Shown here in pieces: positions 10,110-19,696 of a DNA stretch of 64,000 nucleotides (position 1 is the stretch's first letter; the number at the start of each line of letters is the position of its first letter). The DNA is taken from positions 57,408-121,407 of the forward strand of contig CALSML010000001.1 of NCBI GenBank assembly GCA_943787445.1. Direction: 5' to 3'. The notes beneath the pieces were generated by a model that ran no database searches, was not told where the DNA came from, and saw only the letters and a program-made list of their open reading frames with translations. A program made the position numbers and the translations under genes. The DNA comes from an uncultured Alphaproteobacteria bacterium (GTDB taxonomy: Bacteria > Pseudomonadota > Alphaproteobacteria > UBA6615).

Positions 10110-10356
10110 TTTTTCCTCCCTGATTTGTTGCCGGAGAATACACCGGATCACACCACAAATTCGACTCGCAACCCGCCGATGACCCAACAAAATTACCGGG
10201 AAATTCGCCGCAATTTCCGAAAAAAACACTTACAAAACACACTTTCACTATTGACGATAACCCGATTTTTAGACGTCTGTATTTGGTTCTACATGACAAT
10301 GAAAAGTATTGTTCGCCCATCTTTGCACAACCACACCTCAGCCGGCGGGAGCCAAC

Positions 10357-11055
10357 ATGAACATCCTTGCGTTGACATCGCAAAAGGGTGGATCAGGGAA
10401 AACCACCCTCGCAGGTTACCTCGCCGTTGCCGCGGAAACCGCCGGGGCGGGCCCGGTGGCGATCATCGACACCGCCCCTCAGGGCAGCCTGACCGATTGG
10501 TGGAATGAGCGACACGCCAAGACACCCTCCTTTCTCAGCGCCTCGATCGCGACGCTTGCCGACGATCTGGAGCGCGCACGCAATCTCGGGTTCAGGCTCG
10601 TGATCATCGACACCCCGCCGGCCATCACCGATATGATCGATGGCCGCACGGTGATGGAACTGCCCCGCGCCGAACGTTCCTCCGATGAAGTCTCCCGGCT
10701 GTGGGCGTATCTGCAGGGCCGGGTCCACTGCGGTTGCTCCCCCGCAACTGCCGTTCTAGTCGTGTGTGGAGTAACCAGAAGAGCCATGCGTGAACCCAAT
10801 CCAGAACGTGATCCCATGCCCCGCCCGGCCCCCGCAGCCTCGCTGGCGACGATCACCATCCACCGCCCGATCACGGAGACGCCGCCCGCACCCGCGAAAG
10901 AGCCCGACGGTCTTCTGTCCGAACCAGCGCCGGTGGCGCTGGTGCCAACTAATGATGACAGCCCGGTGCCCGCTCGCCGGCAGCTGACACGGCCCCAGGC
11001 CTTTCCCGCCGCTCAGCGCGTACCCATCCCGATCGATGCCATGACCGTCGACTGA
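10357..11055 (+). CDS. ParA/MinD-like ATPase N-terminal domain with non-ParA Pro-rich C-terminal tail (possibly degenerate)
   Basis: Walker A LTSQKGGSGKTT, IDTAPQGSLTDW, and Walker B-like LVIIDTPP. After about residue 120, similarity to ParA is lost and a low-complexity Pro/Ala-rich tail follows. No parB is adjacent. Confidence 0.5.
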   Translation: MNILALTSQKGGSGKTTLAGYLAVAAETAGAGPVAIIDTAPQGSLTDWWNERHAKTPSFLSASIATLADDLERARNLGFRLVIIDTPPAITDMIDGRTVMELPRAERSSDEVSRLWAYLQGRVHCGCSPATAVLVVCGVTRRAMREPNPERDPMPRPAPAASLATITIHRPITETPPAPAKEPDGLLSEPAPVALVPTNDDSPVPARRQLTRPQAFPAAQRVPIPIDAMTVD

Positions 11056-11346
11056 ATCGACGCACTGGGGCGCGAGGTGGTGGTAACCGAAAGTCCGGTA
11101 CACGAAACCGATGCGGTACCCACGGGCAGCGGGCCCATCACCTGTGGTGTGATTGTGCTGCCTTTCGGCCCGCGTGACGGCGTCGATCACGTTCTGTGTC
11201 ACCTCTACCGGGTCGATGAAACCATGCTGGAAGGGGACGCCGAGGTGGAACTGCGTATGCCGCCGCGCGATCGAACCGGGATCAAGCGCCTGTTTGGCCG
11301 CTGATCCGGCTTGCGCCCGGCGCGCTTCGCACGGACGGGCAAGGAC

Positions 11347-12120
11347 CTATCTGGAAAAGACCCTCTGCAGAAGGTCCGTGGTCCGCTTCGCCGGGTTCTC
11401 ACGGATCGCCTTCTCTTCCTCGGCCAGATAGAGAAAGATTCCCTGCAATCCCAGTTCGAGCACATGGTTCGACAGGTCTGCCTTCACATCGGGCACGAAA
11501 GGTATGTTCTTATATCGACTGATCGCCGCGCCATAGGAACGCACAGCCCCGACTTCCGCCAGGCTCTGATCCACGATCGGACGCATCCGGGTTTTCAGAT
11601 CCGGAGTCATGGTGCGTTCGAAGAACCGCGTGGCGGCATCATCAGGTCCGTTGTGAATCTCACGGACGTCATTCAGGGTCATCTGATCCACCGCGTTCCA
11701 GAATACGGCTCGGGCTTCGGGGGCTGCGGCTTCGGCCGCCCGGTTCAGCTTGAGCTCCAGGTCACCCATCATGCCCGACAGCCCCACCCGCGAGAGTGTG
11801 CTCTGCACGGTCGCAAGACTTTTCGGCAGGGGCAGATGAATCCGCGGATCGCCATTATATCCGTCCACCGTGCCGACCTGTCCGACAACCCGCTGCGCCC
11901 CGACCTTCAGCGCCTCGCGCAATCCCGCCCCGATATCGGCATCGCTCAGCCCGCGCGCGGGTGAGGATTGTGACGATCCAGCGCCGGGAATCTGACGCAA
12001 CAGCTCACCGCCGCGCTTGAAGAAATCGGATTGCGCGAGCGCGGTATGCGATGTCGCAACCAGTGTCACAGCTGCCATTAAAACCATCAGCGCCTTGCGC
12101 CGGGTGCGTGTTTTCTGCAC
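11347..12120 (-). CDS. DUF4197 family periplasmic protein
   Basis: Signal peptide (MQKTRTRRKALMVLMAAVTLVATSHTALA). The C-terminal LQGIFLYLAEEEKAIRENP...TTDLLQRVF is characteristic of DUF4197. Confidence 0.65.
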   Translation of the reverse strand: MQKTRTRRKALMVLMAAVTLVATSHTALAQSDFFKRGGELLRQIPGAGSSQSSPARGLSDADIGAGLREALKVGAQRVVGQVGTVDGYNGDPRIHLPLPKSLATVQSTLSRVGLSGMMGDLELKLNRAAEAAAPEARAVFWNAVDQMTLNDVREIHNGPDDAATRFFERTMTPDLKTRMRPIVDQSLAEVGAVRSYGAAISRYKNIPFVPDVKADLSNHVLELGLQGIFLYLAEEEKAIRENPAKRTTDLLQRVFSR

Positions 12121-12234
12121 TGAACCGCTCCCGGATTTTTCGCGACCATCCTACATCACGTGCGCGCAGGCCGCATGCCCAATACATCCACAAATGCTAG
12201 ACTGCAGACATCATCCAAGCGGACACCGATTGCC

Positions 12235-12600
12235 ATGAACAGAATTGCACTCCTCATCCTTGCCTCGCTCACCGGACTAGGCGCGGCATATTCCATCTGG
12301 CTCCATCTGGGTGCCGACGACGCCACGACCACCGGGACACTGGTGCGCGCGGTCGTGGCCGTGGCCGTCATCGGGGCAACCCTGATCACCTGGGAAGCGG
12401 TCTTCAGGGCACCCCCGGCACGGGTCCAGCGCCTGAAACGCACGGCCCTGCTCATCCTCGTCATCGGCATTCTCGGCGTCGGCATCAATGCCTTTGTCGG
12501 CAGCCAGACAAAAAACCCCGACGGGCCCGTCTTCGTTTTGTCCCTGCTGCTCATCCTGCAGGCCTTTCTGACCATCGCCCATGCCAGTCGTGCCGAGTGA
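12235..12600 (+). CDS. Hypothetical small membrane protein
   Basis: Four hydrophobic helices. No recognised motif. Confidence 0.4.
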   Translation: MNRIALLILASLTGLGAAYSIWLHLGADDATTTGTLVRAVVAVAVIGATLITWEAVFRAPPARVQRLKRTALLILVIGILGVGINAFVGSQTKNPDGPVFVLSLLLILQAFLTIAHASRAE

Positions 12601-12643
12601 TCACGCCGCCTGATCCAGGCCGCGGATCACGCCGGACAATCCC

Positions 12644-13516
12644 ATGACCGGAAATCTCCGCGGCATCATCTGGATGGCCACCACGGGCATTCTGTTCGTG
12701 GCCGTCACCGGGATCGTGCGCCATCTGGGCACGGATATGAGCCCGGTCCAGGCCGCGTTCATCCGCTACCTGTTCGGTCTTCTGCTGCTTTTGCCGGTCT
12801 TTCTGCGCATGGGCAGCCTGCGACGGCCAGCCTCGGTGGTCGGGCTGCATGCCTCGCGCGGGGTTATCCACGGCGTTGGGGTCATGCTCTGGTTCTTTGC
12901 CATGGCCAATATCCCCATCGCGGAAGTGACCGCGCTGGGGTTCACCGCACCGATTTTCACGACAGTCGGCGCCGCATTGTTTCTGGGGGAACGCTTGCGG
13001 CTGTACCGGATCGGCGCGGTGCTCATGGGGTTCGGCGGCGCTCTGGTGGTGCTGCAACCGGGGTTTCAGGAGATCAATATCGGCTCCATCGCCCAGCTCA
13101 CCGCCGCCCCCCTCTTTGCCGCGTCATTCCTAATCGCCAAGCGCCTGACCAAGGTCGAGTCGAGCACAGCGATCGTGGCCTATCTCTCGGTCTTCGTAAC
13201 CCTGGTCCTGCTGGCGCCGGCCATCTATGTCTGGCGGACACCAACCGTGATCGAACTGATCTGGTTGTTTGCAACCGCGGCTCTGGCCACGCTCGGCCAT
13301 TACACCCTGACCCAGGCCTTCCGGGCGGCGGACATCACCGTGACCCAGCCCATCCAGTTTCTGCAACTAGTCTGGGCCACCATTCTGGGGCTGGCCGTGT
13401 TCGGCGAACAGCCAGAAATCTGGACCTGGGTAGGTGGCGGCATGATTGTCGCAAGCGCAACCTTCATCGCCCATCGGGAAGGAAAGTGCCGCAAGGACCG
13501 GGACGCGCCGATCTAG
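12644..13516 (+). CDS. DMT superfamily transporter (EamA-like)
   Basis: Ten TM segments with a duplicated EamA architecture. Confidence 0.75.
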   Translation: MTGNLRGIIWMATTGILFVAVTGIVRHLGTDMSPVQAAFIRYLFGLLLLLPVFLRMGSLRRPASVVGLHASRGVIHGVGVMLWFFAMANIPIAEVTALGFTAPIFTTVGAALFLGERLRLYRIGAVLMGFGGALVVLQPGFQEINIGSIAQLTAAPLFAASFLIAKRLTKVESSTAIVAYLSVFVTLVLLAPAIYVWRTPTVIELIWLFATAALATLGHYTLTQAFRAADITVTQPIQFLQLVWATILGLAVFGEQPEIWTWVGGGMIVASATFIAHREGKCRKDRDAPI

Positions 13517-13533
13517 CGGAAGACGACAGCCGC

Positions 13534-13938
13534 ATGTCAATTCACAGTATGGTTCTGCAACGGCGCGGACCCATGTATGGTGGTCGCGTGTCACACACCT
13601 CTGCGGAGACTCCGTTGAACTTCGTTTTTGATGTCGGCTTCTTTGCCGCAGCCTTTGTCCCCACCTTTCTCGTCAGTCGGATCGTGTTTCGACTGACCAA
13701 GTCATGGGAAGGCCACTGGCAACGCCTCGTCCTCGCCAATCTCGCATCCGGCATCATCTGCGTTCTGATCTTTCTGGTCTCCGGTGTATGGTTTGCCGCC
13801 GGATTCGATTTTCTCTGGCTTTACGGCATCACGAATTTCGCGCTCGCACAGCTCATCTGGCTGGCCGTTGATGTCTATTCCGACTGGATCAACAAGCGCC
13901 TGACGACCGAAACCAATTCCCCAAGCAACCAGAACTGA
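13534..13938 (+). CDS. Hypothetical membrane protein
   Basis: Hydrophobic ORF with no recognised motif. The start is uncertain. Confidence 0.35.
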   Translation: MSIHSMVLQRRGPMYGGRVSHTSAETPLNFVFDVGFFAAAFVPTFLVSRIVFRLTKSWEGHWQRLVLANLASGIICVLIFLVSGVWFAAGFDFLWLYGITNFALAQLIWLAVDVYSDWINKRLTTETNSPSNQN

Positions 13939-13952
13939 AACCCGGAAACATC

Positions 13953-14462
13953 ATGGGTAGCGAAGGCTCGGGCGTGGGCAACGCCGATATCGATATTGGA
14001 ACATTCTGGAACGCGGTGGGTCAGCGGGCTGTGGGCGCGACCATCGTGACCGCGCGCGGCAGCGCCGGTCCGGCTGGATTTCTGGGCCTTTCAGCCACCC
14101 ATGTCTGCGCCGATCCACCCACCATGCTGGTCTCCATCGATGCGAAGACCTCCGCGCTCGGCGCCATTCGGGATTCACGACATTTCGCGATCAACTATCT
14201 GCCCCGCGGCACGGAGGACGTGGTCGACCTGTTCTCCGGCAAACGTGACATCAAGGGGCCCGCCCGTTTCGAGACGGGCCTGTGGGGCTATCTCGCGACC
14301 GGGGCGCCGGTCTTCAACGGCGCTGTCGGCGTGATGGACTGCATTCTGGAAGAAACCCTCGAGCGGCACGGGACCATCCTTGCGCTCGGCCGCGTGGTCG
14401 CCATCTCCGGTGACCGGGATGCGGACCCGCTGGTGTATTTCCGGGGTGGGTTTCTGGACTGA
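13953..14462 (+). CDS. Flavin reductase family protein (FMN-binding split barrel), probable reductase partner of the adjacent LLM monooxygenase
   Basis: FWNAVGQRAVGATIVTA...LSATHVCADPPTMLVSI...NYLPRGTEDVVDLFSG is typical of the HpaC/flavin reductase-like domain. Confidence 0.8.
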   Translation: MGSEGSGVGNADIDIGTFWNAVGQRAVGATIVTARGSAGPAGFLGLSATHVCADPPTMLVSIDAKTSALGAIRDSRHFAINYLPRGTEDVVDLFSGKRDIKGPARFETGLWGYLATGAPVFNGAVGVMDCILEETLERHGTILALGRVVAISGDRDADPLVYFRGGFLD

Positions 14463-14471
14463 CCTGAAACG

Positions 14472-15821
14472 CTACTCGGCTGCCTGATCGCGCTTCGCCG
14501 CAAAGAACTGGTTCCCCGGGCGGGGCAGCCCAAGATTTTCCCGCAGGGTCTTGCCTTCATATTCGCGGCGCAGCAGCCCGCGACGCTGAAGTTCGGGTAC
14601 CACCCGATCGACGAACAGATCCAGCCCTTCGGGCAGAAACGGGAACATGATCGTGAAACCGTCACTGGCGCGGCTGTCGATCCATTCTTCCATTTCACCG
14701 GCAATGGTTTCGGCCGTCCCGACCAGTGCAAGCCCGGAATAGCCCCCCATGCGCTGGGCCAGCTCCCGCACGGTCAGATTCTCCTGTTCGGCCATGCGGA
14801 TCGCCCGTTCACGCCCACTCTTCGAGGCATTACTCTCGGGAATACCGGGCAAAGGGCCATCGAGATCGAATTTCGATGCATCCGTGCCCAGCTGAATCGA
14901 CAGGGATGCAATTGCACTATCCAGATGCACTTTGGAATCCAGCACAGCGCGTTTCTCCCGCGCTTCCGCGACGGTATCGCCGACCACAACAAGGCAGGCG
15001 GGCATAATTTTCAGATGCTCCGGATCCCGTCCAAGCGCTGTCATCCGCCCCTTCACATCCGCATAGAAGGCACGACCATCCTCGAGCGTGCGTTGGGCTG
15101 CAAAAATTGCATCGGCAGTTTCCGCCGCGAGTTGTCGCCCCGCCTCGGACCCGCCGGCCTGAACAATCAGGGGCCAGCCCTGCACGGGCCGTGCGATATG
15201 CAACGGGCCACGCACGGAAAAATACTCGCCCTTGTGGTCCAAGGTGTGGAGTTTCTCAGGATCAAAGAAAACCCCGGAGTCCACGTCGCGGATAAAGGCA
15301 TCATCCGCCCAGCTATCCCACAGGCCGGTCACCACATCGTAAAACTCCCGCGCACGCCGGTACCGGTCAGCATGATCGAGATGCTCGTCCAGACCGAAAT
15401 TCTTCGCTGCGTCCGGGTTCGAAGTTGTGACGATGTTCCAGCCGGCGCGCCCCTCCGAAATATGATCGAGAGAGGCAAACCGCCGCGCCACATGAAACGG
15501 ATCATCGAAAGAGGTTGATCCTGTGGCAATCAGGCCCAGTTTTTCCGTGGCCATGGACAGCGCCGACAACAGCGTGAAGGGTTCGAAGGATGTTGCCGTC
15601 GCACTGCGCTTGAGCGCATCCATCGGCATATTCAGCAAGGCAAGGTGATCGGCCATGAAAAAGGCATCAAACCGCGCAGCCTCAAGCCGCTGGGCAAACT
15701 TCACGATGGCCCGGAAGTTGAAATTCGCATCGGGCGTGCCCCCGGGGTAGCGCCAGGCCCCGGTGTGAATGCTGATCGGTCGCATGAATGCCGCAAGATG
15801 AAGCTGTAGTGAAGCCATCAT
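14472..15821 (-). CDS. LLM-class flavin-dependent monooxygenase, NtaA/SnaA/DszA/SoxA family
   Basis: N-terminal LHLAAFMRP...HTGAWRYPGG, and a length of about 449 aa that is typical of NtaA/DszA. Confidence 0.8.
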   Translation of the reverse strand: MMASLQLHLAAFMRPISIHTGAWRYPGGTPDANFNFRAIVKFAQRLEAARFDAFFMADHLALLNMPMDALKRSATATSFEPFTLLSALSMATEKLGLIATGSTSFDDPFHVARRFASLDHISEGRAGWNIVTTSNPDAAKNFGLDEHLDHADRYRRAREFYDVVTGLWDSWADDAFIRDVDSGVFFDPEKLHTLDHKGEYFSVRGPLHIARPVQGWPLIVQAGGSEAGRQLAAETADAIFAAQRTLEDGRAFYADVKGRMTALGRDPEHLKIMPACLVVVGDTVAEAREKRAVLDSKVHLDSAIASLSIQLGTDASKFDLDGPLPGIPESNASKSGRERAIRMAEQENLTVRELAQRMGGYSGLALVGTAETIAGEMEEWIDSRASDGFTIMFPFLPEGLDLFVDRVVPELQRRGLLRREYEGKTLRENLGLPRPGNQFFAAKRDQAAE

Positions 15822-15878
15822 GATTGCCTAACTGTTCTCATCACCTGCCATCCGATGTCACACAGTCCCCGCCGCCGA

Positions 15879-18194
15879 TCAACCCAGAGGTCCGAAATCC
15901 GGCGGCGACACCCGCCGATGGGAGACCGCTTCATAGGCCGAAGCAATTCGCAGCAAGCTGTCTTCCGTGCCCGGCTCGGAACGGAACACCAGTGAGAACG
16001 GCAGTCCCGGCGCTGCCAATGGAGTGGGTTCACGCGACGGCGCGGAGACATACTTCGTCCCGTCTTCACTCAATTTGTGGACGGGGTCATACGCCGTCGA
16101 GACATAGCCGGCCGGAACCAGAATCTCCGTCAGCCCTGCATTCGGGCCATAAAGGCTCTCGGGGCGAAGATTGTTGGATGTGTCGTGCTGCAAAGGTCCA
16201 CCGATGATTCCCGGAGGCCAGGGGCTGTGCAGGCGCACGAAGGCGTCAAGATTGTTCTCGATCAACACCATCATATCCACGCGGCGCAGCAACTCGCGCA
16301 GCATGATCCGCTCATTCACGCCCTGCCGCCCATCCAGCGCATTGCGCGGATCATCGGTCTCTTCCCAGTTCTTGAAGGCCGAACGCTGATCATCACCCCA
16401 GAACTTCGAACGCGCATTGAGCATGGCCCAGTTGTCGAGCGCCTCATGAAAACCGGCCGCTTTCCAGTCTTCGGCCCGCCGCATCAGATACTGGCTGATG
16501 TGGAAACGGAAGGTGGTGGCGAGTTCCTGATGCTGAATGGTCGCAATATCGAAATTGGCCGGCGGTTCGATGGTCCCCTCGGCTAGCGCAACACAGTAGT
16601 CGATGGAATCCATCGTGCCCTTGCCGAAGGTCTTGCCCGGCTGGAACTCCGTCGGGCGAATGGCTTCCTCGAATTCCTTGAACAGGGGTGTCCCGTCCGG
16701 CGCCAGCCGAAAGAGAACATCAGGCATGAAGACCGGCAGAAGCTTTGCGAGCGCCCGCCGGAAATCCGGCTTCAACTGTTCCAGATTCGGATCCGGCGTC
16801 CAGAGCAGATCGCCGGACTCGACCAGTGTGGCAGCCAGCTGCCCGCCCAGAACATCCTTGATCTCGGCGGTAGCGGCATCAACGATGGGTTTCTCGGTGA
16901 GGGAATCCTTCGGATAGACCATCGATTCCCGCACCACACCCAGACGAATGCCCTTGAGAGCGCCTGTCGAGGCATCCCTGGACAGATGCGAGGCATAGGA
17001 CGTGTCGAGAACGGAAGAGCGCGGCACCGTCGTATAGGGATCGCGCGGATCGTAATAGCCGTTCTCGGGATCCTTGAGCGCATCGAGAATCTTCGCGCAA
17101 TCAGGCAGCGAACGGCCATGAATGCCCGACCGGTCGCAATAGATATCCGCACCAATAGCGCCGCCATCAAACCCGAGCATCGATTTGTGAGGCAGGATCA
17201 ACGCCACCGAATTGTGGTTGGAGGGCCCCCGACAGGACGCCCGGGTCTCCTCACCCAGACTCGCCATCACCAGATTGGTGCTGACCGAAAGCGCCGAACC
17301 GGAACTCGATCCCAACGAGGCCGCGCGGGTGGTGTCATAGGGGTTGGACGGATTGCCGCCCCAGGTGGCCCGCTGATAGCCCAGTGTCGACGGCAGGACC
17401 TTGTCGGGATGGTTGCGTCCGCCGGGATCGCCAGCCCGGCCGTTATATTCGGTGTTCACGGCCTTGGCGAAAATGATCGCGCCCTTCTTGCGCAACTGAT
17501 CAACCAGAACATGATCCCGCGCAGGGAAATCATTGTCATAGGCCGCATCCGCACCGCCGGTGGACCGCATGTCCATGGTGTCGAAGGGGTCCTTGAAGGA
17601 GAAGGTGACCCCGTACATCGGCAAGGCTTCCAGATCGGGCGCGGTGCCATATTCTGCATCCAGTTCCGCCGCCCGTTCCAGCGCATCCGGGAACTGACGG
17701 AACATTTCGCAGACCGGCGGTGCGCCGGCGGGCAGCGGTCCTTCAGACGGGTGCTTATCGAATTCCCCCCAGCAGGTCACCGAACGTTCGCCACGAATGT
17801 TGAGGGTGGACAGGGCATTGACCTGCCCGGCCTTGGGGATACCCGCGATCATGCCGAACTGTTGTTCGACATCCGGTTTGGACGCTGTCGCCTCCATGCG
17901 ACCGTATTCCAGTGGCGGGCCCTTGTACTTGTCCAGATCAGGCAAAACGTCCGAAACGGGAATGGTCTCGGTCGGGAATTTCAGCGGCGCACCGGCGCGC
18001 ACAACCCCAGTGGATTCGGGAACCGGCTTGCCGTCCTCGGTCACCAGCATGCTGGACACGCCGTTATAGGCCCGGGCCCGGTCGATATATTGCTGCACCA
18101 CAGTCACCAGCGTGGTCTTTCCGGCGCGGATGGCCGTGTGCAGGTCGTCGATCGAAGCCTCGACGACGTCAAATTTGTCCGAATCCGTTCCCAT
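15879..18194 (-). CDS. Amidase signature (AS) family protein, unusually long (~770 aa)
   Basis: Core lysine (FSFKDPFD) and the LGSSSGSALSV Ser-cisSer motif. There is an N-terminal insertion of about 120 aa and a long C-terminal extension relative to typical 450-500 aa amidases. Confidence 0.75.
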   Translation of the reverse strand: MGTDSDKFDVVEASIDDLHTAIRAGKTTLVTVVQQYIDRARAYNGVSSMLVTEDGKPVPESTGVVRAGAPLKFPTETIPVSDVLPDLDKYKGPPLEYGRMEATASKPDVEQQFGMIAGIPKAGQVNALSTLNIRGERSVTCWGEFDKHPSEGPLPAGAPPVCEMFRQFPDALERAAELDAEYGTAPDLEALPMYGVTFSFKDPFDTMDMRSTGGADAAYDNDFPARDHVLVDQLRKKGAIIFAKAVNTEYNGRAGDPGGRNHPDKVLPSTLGYQRATWGGNPSNPYDTTRAASLGSSSGSALSVSTNLVMASLGEETRASCRGPSNHNSVALILPHKSMLGFDGGAIGADIYCDRSGIHGRSLPDCAKILDALKDPENGYYDPRDPYTTVPRSSVLDTSYASHLSRDASTGALKGIRLGVVRESMVYPKDSLTEKPIVDAATAEIKDVLGGQLAATLVESGDLLWTPDPNLEQLKPDFRRALAKLLPVFMPDVLFRLAPDGTPLFKEFEEAIRPTEFQPGKTFGKGTMDSIDYCVALAEGTIEPPANFDIATIQHQELATTFRFHISQYLMRRAEDWKAAGFHEALDNWAMLNARSKFWGDDQRSAFKNWEETDDPRNALDGRQGVNERIMLRELLRRVDMMVLIENNLDAFVRLHSPWPPGIIGGPLQHDTSNNLRPESLYGPNAGLTEILVPAGYVSTAYDPVHKLSEDGTKYVSAPSREPTPLAAPGLPFSLVFRSEPGTEDSLLRIASAYEAVSHRRVSPPDFGPLG

Positions 18195-18277
18195 GACATC
18201 CCCCAATTTTGATTTGAACCGATGATGTCTGGACCGGGGCAAAAAATCCAGTCATGCGGGATGCATTTGCCGCTTTA

Positions 18278-18745
18278 TCAGGCCTTGGCAAGCGCCTGAT
18301 CGAGATCACCGATGATGTCATCAGCATGCTCGATGCCGATCGACAGCCGCACATAACCCGGGGTCACGCCGGCCTGCAGCAGCTCATCGGCCTGCATCTG
18401 ACTGTGGGTGGTCGAAGCCGGATGGATTGCCAGCGAACGCGCATCACCGATATTAGCCACGTGATACAGCAGCACCAGAGCATCGATGTTCAGGATCGAG
18501 AACATCGAGGCCGACTGACCTGACGACAGACCCAGCGCGGCCACGCCACCCTCGATCGCGGCAAGGCGCTGCTCGAGCACATCAACCGTCGGGTTCATGA
18601 TCCGGGTGTAGATGTTCCCCAGCTCTGCCAGTGCAAACAGGTTTCCCGCATGCTCGGTATCGCGGAACTGATAGCTCGTCGTCTGATGGATCGGTACAGC
18701 AACGGACCCCGTGGTCGGGTCAGCGCGATGGCCGGCATGGGTACG
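18278..18745 (-). pseudogene. Remnant of an O-acetylhomoserine sulfhydrylase / Cys-Met PLP enzyme (metY-like) with large internal deletion
   Basis: One ~150 aa ORF joins an N-terminal segment ([26 protein letters not shown]...[24 protein letters not shown]) directly to a C-terminal segment ([15 protein letters not shown]...[27 protein letters not shown]) of a ~430 aa protein family. The PLP-lysine core is missing. Confidence 0.7.
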
Positions 18746-18746
18746 G

Positions 18747-19394
18747 TCAGTCAGGCGTGATCGGCAGCGCGCAACCAACGACGGAATCGCGGGTGATCAG
18801 CGCGGCGAGTTCGTCTTCACTCAGACCTTCGGTCCCGGCAGGACGCATGGGCATGATCACGTAACGCAGATCCGCATTGCTGTCGTGGACCGCAATATCG
18901 ACGGAGTCCGGAATCTCAACACCGAACTCGCGCAACACCTTGCGCGGCTCGCGCACCGCCCGTGAACGATAGGCCTTGCTGACATAGAAGGCCGGCGGTT
19001 CGCCAAGCAAGGAGCGCGGATAACAGGAGCACAATGTGCACACGACCATATTGTGTCGCTCGGGCGTGTTCTCGATGGTGACCAGCGCTGCTTCGGTGGC
19101 TTCGATCCCCAGTTCCGCAGCGGCCGCCTTGGTGTCGGTCAGCATGCGTTCCTTGTAGGCGGGATCGACCCAGGCCCGGGCGATCATCCGGGCGGCCTGA
19201 TGTGGACTGCCGCGCTCGTTGAATTCCATGCGCGCGCGAATTTCATCCGCGGTCATGACCCCCTGTTCGATGAGCAGGCTCTTCAGCGCGAGAAAGCGCG
19301 CCTCCCCCTCGGTGAGTTCAAGGTCATCATCCTCGCGGGTGGGCGCGTGGTCGTCATGATCGTGATCATGATTGTGGTCGTCATTGTGCATCAT
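18747..19394 (-). CDS. scnC: Nitrile hydratase alpha-like / thiocyanate hydrolase gamma-like subunit (Co-type CTLCSC motif) with His/Asp-rich N-terminus
   Basis: [15 protein letters not shown] is the NHase-family metal-binding motif, and the Thr marks it as the cobalt type. The N-terminus is [30 protein letters not shown]. The ATGA overlap with the upstream gene indicates translational coupling. Confidence 0.75.
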   Translation of the reverse strand: MMHNDDHNHDHDHDDHAPTREDDDLELTEGEARFLALKSLLIEQGVMTADEIRARMEFNERGSPHQAARMIARAWVDPAYKERMLTDTKAAAAELGIEATEAALVTIENTPERHNMVVCTLCSCYPRSLLGEPPAFYVSKAYRSRAVREPRKVLREFGVEIPDSVDIAVHDSNADLRYVIMPMRPAGTEGLSEDELAALITRDSVVGCALPITPD

Positions 19395-19696
19395 GCGTCC
19401 TCCCCGGCTGGAGCCAGCCAATGGTCATAGATTTCGATTTCCAGGACGTCCCCCGGGGCGCCGTCATAGTCGGGCCAGATATCATCCTGGCGGAACTGCA
19501 CCCGATAGAGCGGGATCGGCGGCAACCCCCAGCGGCCATAGGCCTTGTCCTCGGGATTCTCGAACATACCGCAGAAACGCTCGATGGTGCCGGTCTTATG
19601 ACGAATATAAGTGGGGGTGCGCACATGGCCCGGCTTGCCGATATCGAGGATACGCACCCGGTCACCCACGCGATAGTTCGCGGCTGGCTCAGACAT
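19391..19696 (-). CDS. scnA: NHase beta C-terminal-half homolog (thiocyanate hydrolase alpha-like subunit)
   Basis: YRVGDRVRILD...HVRTPTYIRHKTGTIERF...LYRVQF...VLEIEIYDHWL matches the C-terminal domain of NHase beta subunits. Its start overlaps the stop of the upstream gene (ATGTCTGA). Confidence 0.7.
   Translation of the reverse strand: MSEPAANYRVGDRVRILDIGKPGHVRTPTYIRHKTGTIERFCGMFENPEDKAYGRWGLPPIPLYRVQFRQDDIWPDYDGAPGDVLEIEIYDHWLAPAGEDA

Noticed and set aside
10309-11055. Interpreting the ParA-like gene as a chromosome or plasmid partition locus
   Set aside because: No parB, no centromere-like repeats, and the C-terminal half of the ATPase is not ParA-like.
16986-18212. 408-aa plus-strand ORF overlapping the amidase gene
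   Set aside because: Antisense shadow ORF with an Arg/Gly-rich composition and no motifs.
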